Of a stretch of DNA of 64,000 bases, positions 40,280-55,884 are shown piece by piece. This DNA comes from Eledone cirrhosa (lineage: Eukaryota): positions 120,900,001 through 120,964,000 of the forward strand of contig OZ024741.1 of the NCBI GenBank assembly GCA_964016885.1, read 5' to 3'. Every line of letters begins with the position of its first letter. Position 1 is the stretch's first letter. A model generated the notes under the pieces. The model worked only from the letters and a program-made list of their open reading frames with translations. It was not told the DNA's origin and did not search any database. Both the position numbers and the translations under genes were made by a program.

Positions 40280-40588
40280 GCAGTATTGGTAGATTGGAGC
40301 ATGTGGATTGGCAGTATTGGTAGAATGGAGGGTGGTAGATTGGAGTGTGTGGATTGGCAGAATTGGTAGAGTGGTGGGTGGTGGATTGGCAGAATTGGTA
40401 GATTGGTGGGTGGTGGATTGGCAGAATTGGTAGATTGGTAGGTGGTGGATTGCCAGTATTGGTAGAGTGGAGGGTGGTGGGTTGGCAGTATTGGTAGAGT
40501 GGAGGGTTGGCAGTATTGGTAGAGTGGAGGGTGGGGGATTGGCAGTATTGGTAGAGTGGAGGGTGGTGTGTTGGCAGTATTGGTAGAA
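40280..40588 (+). repeat. ~32-bp tandem array derived from the SINE family 1 head
   Basis: GGATTGGCAGTATTGGTAGAGTGGAGGGTGGT repeated about 10 times. The last unit continues into a SINE body (to about 40770). Confidence 0.85.
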
Positions 40589-40894
40589 AAGCTTTGTGGT
40601 ATTATGTTATGACTTCATATGTTCTGAGTCATATCCTGCTTAGGTCAACTTTGCCTTTCATCCTTTTGGGGCCAATAATATATAGTACCAATCAAATACT
40701 GGGGTTAATTTAAATGACTTTCCTCTCCCATAAAATTACTGGCCTTGTGTCTAAAATAGAAATCATTATTATTAGGAGGCTACATTAGCAGAATTGTTAA
40801 AGTGTAGAACAAAATGCTTTGTGGTATTTGTTCTGGCTGCAAACCTTCTGAGTTCAAATTCAATTGAGGTCAACTTTGCCGTTTATTGTTCTGG

Positions 40895-41480
40895 GAAGCA
40901 GACATAAAATGAGGATGATGTTGATATAGCCCTGAACAACACCTTAAGGCTAATCACTGGATGTTTCCATTCTACACCATTTGAGTATCTACCTGTGCTC
41001 TCAGGCATTGCTCTTGCACCACTTCATAGAGAGCATCACACACATTGGTTGATAACCAAGGTCTCTATAGACCCAAGTCATCTGCCCTCATCAAGCAGCA
41101 AAGCTGTGAAACTCAGATTTCAACATGCTTCAGATGTGGAGAGTTAGCTGGCAACATACATCTCAACCCACCCAACTGAATGTTAACCCCAATATAGCCC
41201 CCTTCCAGGTGCTACACTCTCTTAGGGGGAGTTGGTATCCCTAAATTGGCTATGTATATGTGTCGGCTGATTCAATACAACTATGCATTATTGGGGACTG
41301 CAACCATCAGCAAGCTTGCCAGTGTGGCTTGCCAGAACAGACTACAGAACTTACAGTGAGTGCCCAGATCTCTACACACCTGTGAGCGTGGACCTCATGT
41401 ACCATCAATCCCACTACCTTGAGCTGGTCGCAGAACCTGAGGGATGTCACATGATTGTTGTCTCATATGCATGAAGAATA
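40895..41480 (+). mobile_element. Vingi/Ingi-like LINE 3' relic
   Basis: DIALNNTLRLITGCFHSTPFEYLPVLSGIALAPLHRE, then a degraded MHYWG and zinc-knuckle region. The clade call is from motif recall. Confidence 0.65.
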
Positions 41481-41775
41481 TAATGGTGATGGGAGGGGAT
41501 TGTCGATTAAATAAGTATGAGTCTTTTGGGTCAAGTTTTTGGTTTGTGGATAACTTCCATCCTTTGTCTCATTAGTTATGGAGGCTCTGAAAAAATAAAT
41601 GCTCATTGGTGCTACCTTTCCTTCTATGATCAAACAGTAAAAATCTAATATAAAGAATGATGTGCTCATGCGTCAAGATGCTATAAAATAGCTTAAAAAA
41701 TGTGAAGATTCTTAAAGACGGAAAAAGAAGTTGCCATCAGTTGCTATGAGGAATCAAACTCCATAGGTGCCTTAA

Positions 41776-41982
41776 CCCTTTAGCATTTACATTACTCTAT
41801 ATTCACTATTGTATTTTCGCAGTAAAGGCTTTACCTCACATAATATCTCACATAATATCGGATCTATTAGATTTTGATATTATTTATTATGAGAACAATA
41901 CCATAACATCTGTTATGGCCAGTTTGAACAGAAAGAGGTGAGAGAATTTTTGCTGGATACGGCCAATTTAAATGCTAAAAGG
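41776..41982. mobile_element. piggyBac-like MITE inserted in a SINE head
   Basis: TTAA on both sides and CCCTTTAGCATTTA / TAAATGCTAAAAGG TIRs. Confidence 0.8.
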
Positions 41983-43659
41983 TTAAGCCATTAAGCCAAG
42001 GGACCATGACAACTCTTACTGCCTTGAATTAGATAACTGAACCACAACTTTCAGATGTCGACAAACATCTTATGTAAACAACATGTGTATGTACGACAAT
42101 ATCTAGGATTTCTACAAAGCACTGAGAAGGTAACATGTATTAATTTTATATTCTCAGCACTTTGTAGAAATCCGAGCGACTGGTTACACATACACAGTAA
42201 AAATCTTGTGTGCCTGTGTGTGAAGGCATGCATCTTAAATATACATACATAGAGTCATACATTGGGTGACTTTCATGTATGTATGTATGTGTGGGTATAT
42301 ATATATGTGTGTGTGTGTATGAAGGCATGCAGCGTTAATTAATATAACTGACTCCCCCTGCCGAATTTTTTTTTTTCTAAATAGAAATTGTGGCCTTGTA
42401 CCACTGCTTATATATGTCATTTCTTTCTATCTATTTTTCTTTCTATCCTCTACAAGAACCAGGTTGCTGGTAAAAGACCTGAAAATTTGGTGCACAAATT
42501 TCATCAGTGTGGCGTTGTCTTGTGTGGTGCGCGGCATCAGCAGTGACTGTCTAATGCAGTATGTATTATTGCACCGTGTGTTTAGTTGACTTGCTGCTGA
42601 GTTCACGACCAACTCCCTAACATAAACCATATTACTGATATCTCTCTCTCCCTCCCCACCTCCTTCCCCAACTGCTACTCCCCCCGTCTCCCCCCCCACC
42701 TGCATGTCCTCACTACCCCCCCCCCCCTAGTTACTTCAGCTATTGGTTTGTTTTCTCTTCATCTTCTTCCTCCTCTTTATCTTCCTCCTCATCCTTCCCT
42801 TCATCTTCTTCCTCTTACTTCCCCTACCTCTTCTCCATACCACTGTTAGTAGGTATTGAATAGAGTTGTCTTCTCAGCCTCTTAATAATAACTGTCATAT
42901 CTGCATCATTTTTGTGGTAGTAATAGTAGTGGTAATAGTAGTAGTAGTTGTTGTTGTAGTGGTAATAGTAGTAGTAGTAGTGGTAGTAGAGGTCCATCAG
43001 TGGTCTATCAGCTAAATTAAAAGTACTTCATTTAAAAATATATTATACATTGGCTATTGGATATATCTGAGGTCAACTTTGCCTTTCATCCATTAAGGTC
43101 GATAAAAAAGTACCAGTCTAAAACTGGGGTTGATTCTTCCTCTATATCTCTTTCTCACTTCTTCTCTCTCACTATGCTTCTCTGGAAGAAATCTGCTGTA
43201 ATAATTGTTTCTACTTTAGGCACAAGGCCAGCAATTATCCCAGTGTATTACTGGTACTTTATTTTATCGACCCCGTAAGGATGAAAGGCAAAGTTAACCT
43301 CGGCAGGATTTGAACTCAGATCATAAAGGGCTGTAACTCTTTGCTGCAAAGCATGGCATCCGACCCTCTACCGATACTGCCAATAATGCCCTAGAAATAT
43401 ACAATACAACACCCCTATGACTCTCCCAGGAATTACAGAACCATGCATGTATGCATTGGATATATCCATTCTTTTCTAAGTATAAAATTCACTGTATAAC
43501 AATTTCTACTACTTTGTTAAAAAAATACTATATACACTCACTATTGGGTATCTATTCTTCTCTAAATATAAACATTTCTCTTTTTCTTGATTCATAATTT
43601 ACTACATGTACCCGGTTGAGAATAGGTACATCTTATTTCCATATATTGTAAAGTCGCAT

Positions 43660-44100
43660 TGGCGGCACAACAAAAAGCGCCCAGCCCATACTGTAGAGTG
43701 GTCGTGTAGGTGTCACGGCAAAAAGCGCCCAACCCACACTGTAAAGTAGTTGTGTAGGCGGCATGATAAAAAGCACCCAGTTCACACTGTAAAATGGTCG
43801 GGTAGGCGCCAACATAAAAAACACCCAGTCCACACTGTAAAGTAGTTGTGTAGGTGTCATGTCAAAAAGCACCCAGTCCACACTGTAAATTGTTTGTGTA
43901 GGCATCACAACAAAAAGTACCCAGTACTCACTGTAAATGAGGTTGGCTTTAGGAACGGCATCCAGCTGTAGAAACCAAGCCAAAATCAGTTTTGTATGAG
44001 CATGACATGGTCATCTGACCTAGCATTGTTCACAACAGGATAACTCATCTAACACATGCCAGCATGGAAAAGTGGATGTTAAACGGTGATGATGTTGATA
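43660..44100 (+). mobile_element. RTE family A 3'UTR copy with about 6 x 48-bp internal repeats
   Basis: AAAAAGCACCCAGTCCACACTGTAAAGTAGTTGTGTAGGTGTCA.. units spaced 48 bp apart (43671, 43719, 43767...), then the usual 3' end. Confidence 0.85.
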
Positions 44101-45059
44101 ATGTAAGTCGAGTCAGGCACACCTAAGTGGTGTTTGGATGAGACCAGAAAGCTAACCAGTTCAGAAGAGCAGTGGCCATTGTTATAGTGATAGAAGATGC
44201 AAGTTAGTGGGGGTTATGATGTAGACAGAGGTGAATCAGGAGTGTCTAAATGAAGTCACTTGAGGGCCAGCCAGTCAACCAGCCTGTTCTGAAGAGCAAA
44301 GGTTATTCTAGTAGCAGTTGAAGAGAAAGAGGAGACAGCACATCTGTGGGTCAGAGGCTGGGGAGTGATAGCGTGTGTGAGTATGGTCGTTTGTGTGGCA
44401 TTCTTGGCTGTTTAATTCTTTAACCCTTTCATTATCATATTTCTAATGAAAGACCCTGCCTATGATTTTCAAATAATTTTGAAAATAATCAAGAATTTTG
44501 AGATTTAGTAATATAACTAGATTTTTCATTGTTTACTTAATGTTTGGAATATAACTTAACAAAGGTTCTTATATAAAATTATGATGGAAAGCTTTTTAGA
44601 AAGCAGTTTAAAACCTTTATTTATCATATCTCTAATGAAAGATGCTGCCTATGATTTTCAAATGATTTTGAAAATAATCAAGAATTTTGAGATTTAGCAA
44701 CATAACTAAATTTTTCATTATTTATCTGATGTTTGGAATATAACTTAAAGAAAGTTCTTATATAAAATTATGAAGTTTTTTAGATAAATATATGCACTTT
44801 AAAACAAACAATTTTGTATCATGGAACCAGGGGCAGTTTTAGGCAGTTTGGTTTTGACAGACTTAAAGAACTGTAAAAGACTTTTTGTAGGCTTCTTAGT
44901 AAAAGCAGTGGTGGCCTGAGAAAAAGTGGGGAGAGAGTGGTGTTGGCGGTGGTGAAGTAAATAATTAAATTAAGTTTCTATAATTTAATTTCTTCTGCAA
45001 ATCATTTTATTTAGTTATAACCCAGATTTTTCATCTCTCTGTCTCCTTTACTTTCATTC

Positions 45060-45600
45060 TTTGTCTTTCTCTTTTTCTTTCTATCTCTCATTAACCTTTC
45101 CTTACTTCACTCCCACTCTCATTCCCCCTCCTCTTCTACCCCTCCCTTGTTTCCTTTTTCTTTCCTTCCTTCACTCCTCCTTCCTCCCTTCATTACCTCT
45201 TTCCTTCCTTCTCTGTTTCCTTCCCTCCTTCCTTCCCTCTTTCCTCCCTTCTCTGTTTCTTTCCCTCCTTCCTTCCCTCTTTCCTCCCTTCATTCCCTCC
45301 TCTCCTTCCTTCTCTCCTTCCTTCCCTCTTTCCTCTCCTTCATTCCTCCTCTCCTTCCTTCTCTCCTTCCTTCCCTTTTTCTTTCCTCCCTTCATTCCCT
45401 CCTTTCCTTCCTTATCTCTTCCCTTCCATCCTTCCCCTTGCCTCCATTCCTTCCTTCCATCCTTCCTTCCTTTTTCCTTCCTTCTCTCCTTCCCTCCTCC
45501 CTTCTCTCTTTCCATCATTCCTCCCTTCTCTCTTTCCATCATTCCTCTCTCTCCTTTCCTTCCGTCCCTCCTTTATTCATTACTCACCTTTCTTTCCATA
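45060..45600. repeat. Polypyrimidine (CCTT/CT) tract
   Basis: Directly visible. Confidence 0.92.
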
Positions 45601-45854
45601 TGTATATAGTTATTCTGTTAATTTTTTTGCCAACCCCCTTTCCCCTTAAGTTCATTGTTTACATATCCACACACCCCTCTCTTCCCTCCACCCCATTCCA
45701 CATCACCCTCCCCTCCTCCTCTCTTTACCCCAGGCCCCACTCCCCAGTAATTCCCTCCCCCATGTCTAAAGTAGTTCTTACTGCCTAAATAATTGCTAAT
45801 TATTACCAAAGACATTGTTATTGCTGAGAGTTGTGACATATCTCAAGGTTAACT

Positions 45855-46520
45855 ATGCCATACTGCACCACACCATGCCACACTGCACTGCACTGCACCA
45901 TGTCACACCGCACCATGATGTACTGTACCACACCATGTCACACCACACTGCACCGCATCATGCTACACTGCACCACACCATGCCACACTACATTGCACCG
46001 CACCATGCAACACCACACCGCACCACACTACACCACACCGCACCATGCCACACTGCATCAAGCTGCCCCGCACTATGCCACACTGCATCAAGCTGCCCCG
46101 CACTATGCCACACTGCATCAAGCTTCTCCGCACCACACCATGTCACACCATACTGCACCGTACCATGCTGTACTGCACCACACCATGCCACACCGCACTA
46201 CACTGCACTGCACCATGCCATGCTACACCTCATTGCACCACATCATGTCACACCTCATTGCACTGCACGATACTGTACTGTACCACACCACACCACACCA
46301 AAGTGCACTACATCACAACACACTCCACCTCACCCCTCTGCACCACACCATAGCACACCACACCACACCACACTACACTACACTGCGCTGCATCACACTA
46401 CATTGCACCATACCATTCCACACTGTACCACAACACACATCCACACCACATCGAACCAAGCACCACTAATCCACACTGCACCTCACCATACCACATGAAC
46501 AGCACCACACCACATCACAC
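45855..46520. repeat. Degenerate pentamer satellite (CACCA/CACTG/CATGC)
   Basis: 5-bp periodicity is visible. Confidence 0.9.
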
Positions 46521-46851
46521 CATGTGACACTGCTCTGTATGCATTCTCTCACACACACACTAGATTTTGATTGTTTGGTCATGGAAGGAAAGGCAGCACC
46601 AATTTATTTTTTTAGATCCCCCATGACTAGTGAGACAGAGGCCGGAAGTTATCCTCAAACCAAAAACTTAACCCAAAAGACTGCTTAAAGAACCCAAGAG
46701 TCAACTGGTAGTGTTAAATTGGTCAACAGAGTAGACTCTGCTTATTCCAAAATCTAATGTACATTTGGCATTGTCGTAGCTTTCAAATAATCTACTAGTT
46801 TATAAACTAATATAGTGCTTCTAGCAAACTACAACACCCTTATATATATAT

Positions 46852-47097
46852 ACTAGCTGGCCCGTCCGGCTGGTGCCTGGCTAGGTATACCTGCCTCCAC
46901 CCTCCCGTGTCACATTGTCCTTCCGACTCTCTCTCTCTCTCTCTCTCTCTCTGAATAACTAACACTTTAATTGTATCTCTCTTTCTAACGGCCTATATCT
47001 CTCTTTTCCCCTCTCTCTGTTTTTCTGTCTCTCTCTGTAGATATGTGTGTGTAGTTTTCTTAATCTTTCTCTAAATCTCTCCCATTCTCTCTTTCCA

Positions 47098-47136
<39 letters not shown>

Positions 47137-47389
47137 GTGCATATATTGAAGAGAGATACGGAAACTAAAAAAGTGTTGTCATATAGAGAGTGAAGAGCCA
47201 CAGAGAGAGTAAAGCAGTTAAATTATAGAGAGGGGGAATGATCTTACATACATACATACATACATATAAAGTATAGATATGTGTGTTTGTGTATGTGTAT
47301 GTGTGTTTATGTATGTGTGTATGTGCATGTGCGTGTCTGTGTTTTGTTTTGATGTTATCCAGCAATTGGCAAAATCAGGTGTGAAAGTA

Positions 47390-47445
<56 letters not shown>

Positions 47446-48358
47446 GTGAGCGACTACAGAAAAAGTGTGTGGGATACATACATTATTATATTTGTCTGTA
47501 TTTTCGTTCTGCAACCATTATATTATGATATTTGTATCCAAATGATTTTAGATGTATGTATTACCTGCTTGCCCATCCCTCTGTTTCTCTTTCCCTGTCT
47601 CTCTCTCTCTTTAGATGTGTGTGTGTGTAGTTTTCCTAATCTGTCTCTTTCACTCTCTGTCTCTCTAAGAGGGTTGCCTTTTGATGTATGTATTACCTGC
47701 TTGTGTGTTGACCGAATTTGAAGGAGGTTATCCTTTTGAAATAAACATACATACGACGCTCTGGAAAGTAAAAGAGTGTTGTCATATAGAGAGTGAAGAG
47801 AGACAGAGAGTAAAGCAGTTAATTTATAGAGAGGGAGAGAGAGAGAGAGAGAGGGAGAGAGAGAGAGAGGGAGAGAAGACGCTCAGCTTTTTAATATTAG
47901 TAAGTGAAGAGCGACAGAGAGAGTAAAGCAGTTAAATTATAGAGAGGGGAATGATCCATTATAGAGAGAGGGAAGAGCGATGGAGAGAGTAAAGCTAAGA
48001 AACTATAGGGAGGTGTGTAGGATACATACGTGTTGACTGAATTTACATACAACGCTCATCTCTACGGAAAGTAAAAGAGTGTTGTCATATAGAGAGTGAA
48101 GAGAGACAGAGAGTAAAGCAGTTAAATTATAGAGAGGGTGAAAGAGGGAGAGAGAGAGAGAGAGAGAGACGACGCTCAGCTTTATAATATTTGAGAGTGA
48201 AGAGCGACAGAGAGTAAAGCAGTTAAATTATAGAGAGGGGGAATGATCTATTATAGAGAGAGGGAAGAGCGACAGAGCGAGTAAAGCTAAGAAACTATAG
48301 GGAGGTGTGTAGGATACATACATACATAATACACACGACACTCAGCTTTATAATATTA
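46852..48358 (-). mobile_element. Non-autonomous Helitron-like composite with tandem units and microsatellites
   Basis: ACTAG plus a GC hairpin at the left end (3' CTAG end on -). Repeated CTCAGCTTTATAATATT (Helitron-like 5' end on -) at about 47882, 48175 and 48341. Confidence 0.55.
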
Positions 48359-48861
48359 TATATATATACTATACACACACAGGGAGTTCCCAAACATGTA
48401 TACACATATTTATTAGAATGCTGTTGAAGTGTGTATATATTTTTGGGGGACACCCTATATATATATATATATATATGTATATATAATGAAAGATTAAAAC
48501 AAGGATTTTATTTAAAGCATTTAATAGATTTAATAGACTATTTAGTTAGTCGAACAAGAATATTCCATTCTTGTTTGAAATAGGTACAAATCAATGTGTG
48601 TTTGTGTTGTAGAAGCTAATGTTTATTTCGCTGTCATTTCTAGCAAAACCAGTTACCACAGTGTTGATAGATAGATAGGAATACATATAGACAGAAAAAG
48701 TAATACATAAATAGATACAATTCCACCTGTGTGTGTGTTGTAGAAGTTAAGGTTTTATTTCGCTGTCATTTCTAGCAAGACAGGTTACCATATCAAAGCT
48801 CTTTGCGCTGTCTATGACAGACAAGCACACAGACAAATAGATAAAGGGCCAACTGCAGGTC

Positions 48862-49440
48862 ATCTAACAGAGGCACCCGGCATTGCCCGGGAATGAAAAT
48901 GTTCCTTTTATATTAGAGGAATAAAGCAAAACATGCTGTATAGAAATTTGTTATTTTAAATTCCATTTATTCTTCAATTGAAGAACATGATGAAATCAAT
49001 TCTGAATTCATAATACAAAAATTAATAAAAAATGTTCAAGGAAATTATGTAAGAGCTTCTGGGTAAACAACATTCTTTGTTTTCTGGTTTGGAACATTGA
49101 CAAATAAGTCTTGTAAACTACCCACCCTGGAGCAAACAATGTAAAGTTGACCATGAGAAAAGCAAGTCTAACTTAAGTGCAAGCCAGTAGATTTCAACAT
49201 TTGACCTTCAGCTTTATTGATTGATGTTGCAAAGCAAAGACACACCACTGGGAATTGTGTCCATTTGAAATCAAATGGCATGTTTGTTGGTTTGATTGGA
49301 ATTCTTGTAATGACAACATCTTCCTCAGAGGCACACCCAGTGATGATGGTAGCTTCAATCACAAGCAACCTTGCGCTATTGCATAATTTAGGAGGATCTA
49401 AATTTCTTAGAAGCATTATTGGGACTCCAACCTTCAGGAA
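48862..49440 (-). mobile_element. Helitron 3' end with Pif1-type helicase C-terminal remnant
   Basis: PIMLLRNLDPPKLCN..RL, RIPI.P..MPFDFK..QFPV, FATSINKAEGQ and CFSHGQLY..CSRVG. The terminal hairpin CCCGGGCAATGCCGGG is followed by TTAG. Confidence 0.9.
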
Positions 49441-50204
49441 AAGTTTATATATATTTTAAACTTCCTTCCCTACTTTTATGTGTATCTCTTCTCTCCTTAT
49501 CCAAACTTTCCTGAAGAAAGACTTCAGTCCAAAACGTTGAAACTGCCTCCACTTCCACCAAGCGTGAACCTAATATAACTATAAAATTGCCTCCTGTGTT
49601 TTGTTTGTTTCATTTATTAACTATATATAGACTGTATATATATATTTCGTAAAATATGTGTTTGTTAATCACTAACACTATTGTATGCAGGATAGAGCAT
49701 ATATATATATATATATATATAATGTCAATGTTTACGTTTGTGTCTGTGTTTATGTTTCATAATTTAGTGGTTCCAAAAAAAAAACACAAAAAAAAACAAC
49801 AACAAAACAAATGAGATCAATAGAATTAATTCCAGACTTGAAAAAGTTAAGTATTGGGATGGATATGTTCCGATATAATTTGACTAAATTAAAGGGGTGC
49901 TCCATCACGGCCAGCTGTCTAATGACTAAAACCAATACCAGAGTAAAAAAGTTGATAACAGAATTGTAGTAGTAGTGGTGGTGGTGATGGTGTTGGTGGC
50001 AGTGGAGAGGGGACATTGAATGGAAATGTTTTCTAATCACGTGAGAAATCTAAATGTCTTCGTCTTCTTCCCTGTGGAAATGTATAAACAACCTGTTGAG
50101 GTTTTTTTAAAATAACCACACTTTGTTTACATTAAGGAAGTACTTAGTTTGCCATGACAAACACTATGTTATAATAGCTAAATGAAGTGAGAAGTCCTCC
50201 CACG

Positions 50205-51543
<1,339 letters not shown>

Positions 51544-51569
51544 ATATATATACATACATACATATATAT

Positions 51570-51644
<75 letters not shown>

Positions 51645-51695
51645 CATACATACATACATACATACATACATACATACATACATACATACATACAT

Positions 51696-51748
<53 letters not shown>

Positions 51749-51752
51749 ATAT

Positions 51753-52425
51753 ATACGTGAACGGCAAAGCATAAATGAACTAAGGGAGAAATTAGGAATA
51801 AGAGGAATCAGATGTTGTTTACTCGAGAGAAGACTACGTTGGTATGGTCACGTGATGCGCATGAAAGACGACAGCTGTATAAAAAAGTGCAGAGCGATAA
51901 AAATAGACGGTAGCCACGGAGTAGGCAGACCCAGAAAAACCTGGGACGACTTGATAAATTCCGACCTCACACACTTACACCTCTCCAAGACAATGTCACT
52001 GGACCGAGATCTTTGGCGCTACACAGTAATACAGAAGACCAGCCTTGCCTAAATACAAAGCGAAACCTACAGTCAGTAGGCACCTCTAACAAAAGTACCC
52101 CACCCCACCCCATCCACATCACCCCTTTCGATGTAAAGTTATGTTGGTACCACAACATCCAGTCCGAAATAAATGAGGTCGTGTAGGTGTCGCGAATAAA
52201 AAAAAACACACAGTCTACGCTGTAATGTGGCCGTGTAGGTAACACGGTAAAAACCTCCCGGTCCACACTGTAAACGTGGTTGATGTTAGGAAGGGCATCC
52301 AGCCGTAGAAAACCCGCCAGACAGTCCTATACGAGCAAAACAACCAATCTTGCCTCAAGTGGGAAAACTCCCGTCCAAACCCATGCAAGCGTGGAAGATG
52401 GACGTTAAACGATGATGATGTTGAT
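51753..52425 (+). mobile_element. RTE family A 3' fragment
   Basis: [29 protein letters not shown], then the 3'UTR and (GAT)n. Flanked by (TA)n. Confidence 0.92.
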
Positions 52426-52432
52426 GATATAT

Positions 52433-53210
<778 letters not shown>

Positions 53211-54121
53211 AATATATATATATGTGTGTGCATTTACATACACTCACACACATATTCATGGGTGTGTTTTTATATATATATATATATCTTCATCACCGTT
53301 TTACGTCCATGCTAGCATGGATATATATATATATATATCATCATCATCATCATCATCATTGTTTAATGTCTATTTTCCCCACTAGCATGGGTTAGATGGG
53401 TTTGTCTCATTAGAGGCAAATTGGGTCAGGTGACCATGTCTCGTATATATATATATATATAATACATTATAAAGAAAGAAGCAACATTAGATATAATTAA
53501 TAAGATATACCGTACCCAAATCTCTTCATTACTCCTCGACTACGTAGTTTCGTGGCATATTATGCAAAAACAGAGATACAGTATTTTTGTGAGGTTTGCC
53601 GACTTAGCAAGAGGATACCTCATTTAGAGTTTTAAAACACATCCGTACGACGCGAGATAGAATCCCGAAAGGCGGAGGGGGAGTCAATCACGTGATACAG
53701 CGGTCAAGAAACAGAGGTAAGCCTCTTACAACCAAGAAAAAAATACTACAAAGGCGGAGGGGGTATTTATATCAAAGCCGTAGAAGAGATGGCTAGGATG
53801 GCAAGAAGTTTGAGTAATGATAGCTATCCAGCAGTCACTACACTTCAATGGTTACTCTACCAAAGGGAGTTATAAACAATATAAAGAAATACACAGATAC
53901 ATGCAAACACATACAACATATACATGAATATATCCACACATATCCCCGAATTTGTGGTGCCAACTTCAACCGTTGTTGCTCTATGAATAACTGGGACAAA
54001 ATAATCCGAATGGATTAGATTGATTCAGTATCAGAGCTATATAATGCATTATATATATATATAGTTCAGATCTAGCTGTCGAAATGTCTGGAGCTCAGCC
54101 GTCAAGTGTCCTAAATCTCTT

Positions 54122-54158
<37 letters not shown>

Positions 54159-54166
54159 TATATATA

Positions 54167-55054
54167 TGAGGTGGGTCAGAAAAGTTCCAGGACTCATGTC
54201 ACAAAAGATTTATTTCAAACCCAAACTTCACACTAATAGTTTTCTCCTTCAAAGTAATCCCCCTGGAGTCTAATGCGCTTTTCCATCCTTTTCTGCCACG
54301 CTTGCATGCACTCCTGGAAGGATTCTTCCGGAGTTCCTTCATCACAGCCTTTTTGATGTCATCCACGTCTTCAAAACGGGTCCCCTCCGGGTCGTCCTCG
54401 AAGATTCATGACTCATCACCGGTGATGACTGTCCCTAGCAAGTCTGGTTCGGTTTCAAGACGCTCGAGGATGTCCTGGCACACTTGCATGCGTCGACCCT
54501 TTTGGTCATCGTTCAGCAGTTTTGTCACCATCTTCGCGCAGACTTACCGCATGTCCAAATCTTCAGTGAGAATCTTCCAGACGCTGTCCCAATTCATGCC
54601 CAGCTCATTTGCCATCAGTCGAACAGTCAGCCGACGATCGCTATGCACCATCTGCCTGACGCGCTCAACGTTGACCTCAGTCCTGGTTGTTGAGGGACCT
54701 TCTGCTCCTGGGGGTCATCTTCCACGTCCTTGTGTCCTTCTTTAAACCTCTTGCACCACTCAAAAACATGTGAGCCTGACATCGTCTCATCTCCATACAC
54801 TTGCTGCAGCAATCCCAGTGCTTCTGACGGAGTTTTCAAGTTTGTTCGTTGCTCTGTGCTCATTGCTTGACGACCTGAAACAGAGGACATGTATATAAAA
54901 TTATGAAGAAAAAAGTTTGATCGCTGCAGAGAGCTAAGATTACAGTTACATGCTCCAGAGGGATTACTTTGAAGGAGAAAACTCTTAGTGTGAAGTTTGG
55001 GTTTGAAATAAATCTTTTGTGCCATCAGTCCTGGAACCTTTCTGACCCACCTCG
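54167..55054 (-). mobile_element. Internally deleted mariner (irritans-like) with ~100-bp TIRs
   Basis: TA TSDs. Remnants EQRTNLK..VYGDETMS..VFEWCKRFKEG, VITGDES and GDYFEG. The catalytic core is deleted. Confidence 0.9.
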
Positions 55055-55884
55055 TATATAGTATAGCATAGTATGTGTCAAAAATGACAGGGTTTATAGT
55101 AAAAAAAAAAAAAAAATATTAATTAAAAAATTATTCTTTGATTATGCTTTATCTTCACCTTCTCGTCACTCTAGCCATCACCATATTTCATTCTACATTT
55201 ATTTAAATCAATCATAATCATTTTCTTCCATATTTACTTTAACCCTTTAGCAGCCAGAATTCTCTCACCTCTTTCTGTTCAAACCAGCTATAACTGGCTG
55301 CTCATACTGATGTTAAGGTATTGTTCTCAAAATAAATAACATCAAAATCCTCATAGATTTAATATTACGTGTGATAATTATCTAATATAAAGCCTTTACC
55401 ACAAAAATACAATAGTAAATATATAGAGTAAAGGGTTAAATATTATGAATCATATATCCACTAAATTATGATAACTTTGTTCAATCAATGTATTTATCTA
55501 TCTATCTTCAGACTTCCATTGCGATTTCTTTGTTGTTGTTGTTGTTGTCTGAAGATAGATACATTGGTAAATATGCAGAAATAGATAGATAGATAGATAT
55601 CTAGACAGACTGGTAGACAGGGAGATAGTTAGGTCGGTAGATAGCTAGGTCGGTAGATAGCTAGGTAGAGTTCAAATCCTGCATGGTCAACTGTGCTTTT
55701 CATCTTTTCGAAGCAATTATGAAAAGTACTTTTGCTATATCTCTTTCTCCTTCTCATTTTCTGGAAGAAATCAGCTGTGTTTAGAACTGCAGAGTGGATG
55801 GACTCCACCATCTTTAAAAAGGCAAAAGACACACTGTATGTCATTCCAGTGCCTCTACAACTCCATCATATATTTATGTGTGTG

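Noticed and set aside
42455-42620. GC-richer unique stretch after a polypyrimidine tract, as a possible next RasGAP exon
   Set aside because: I saw no match to the expected C2A continuation (PFYGE...). It may be regulatory, but there is no evidence for that.
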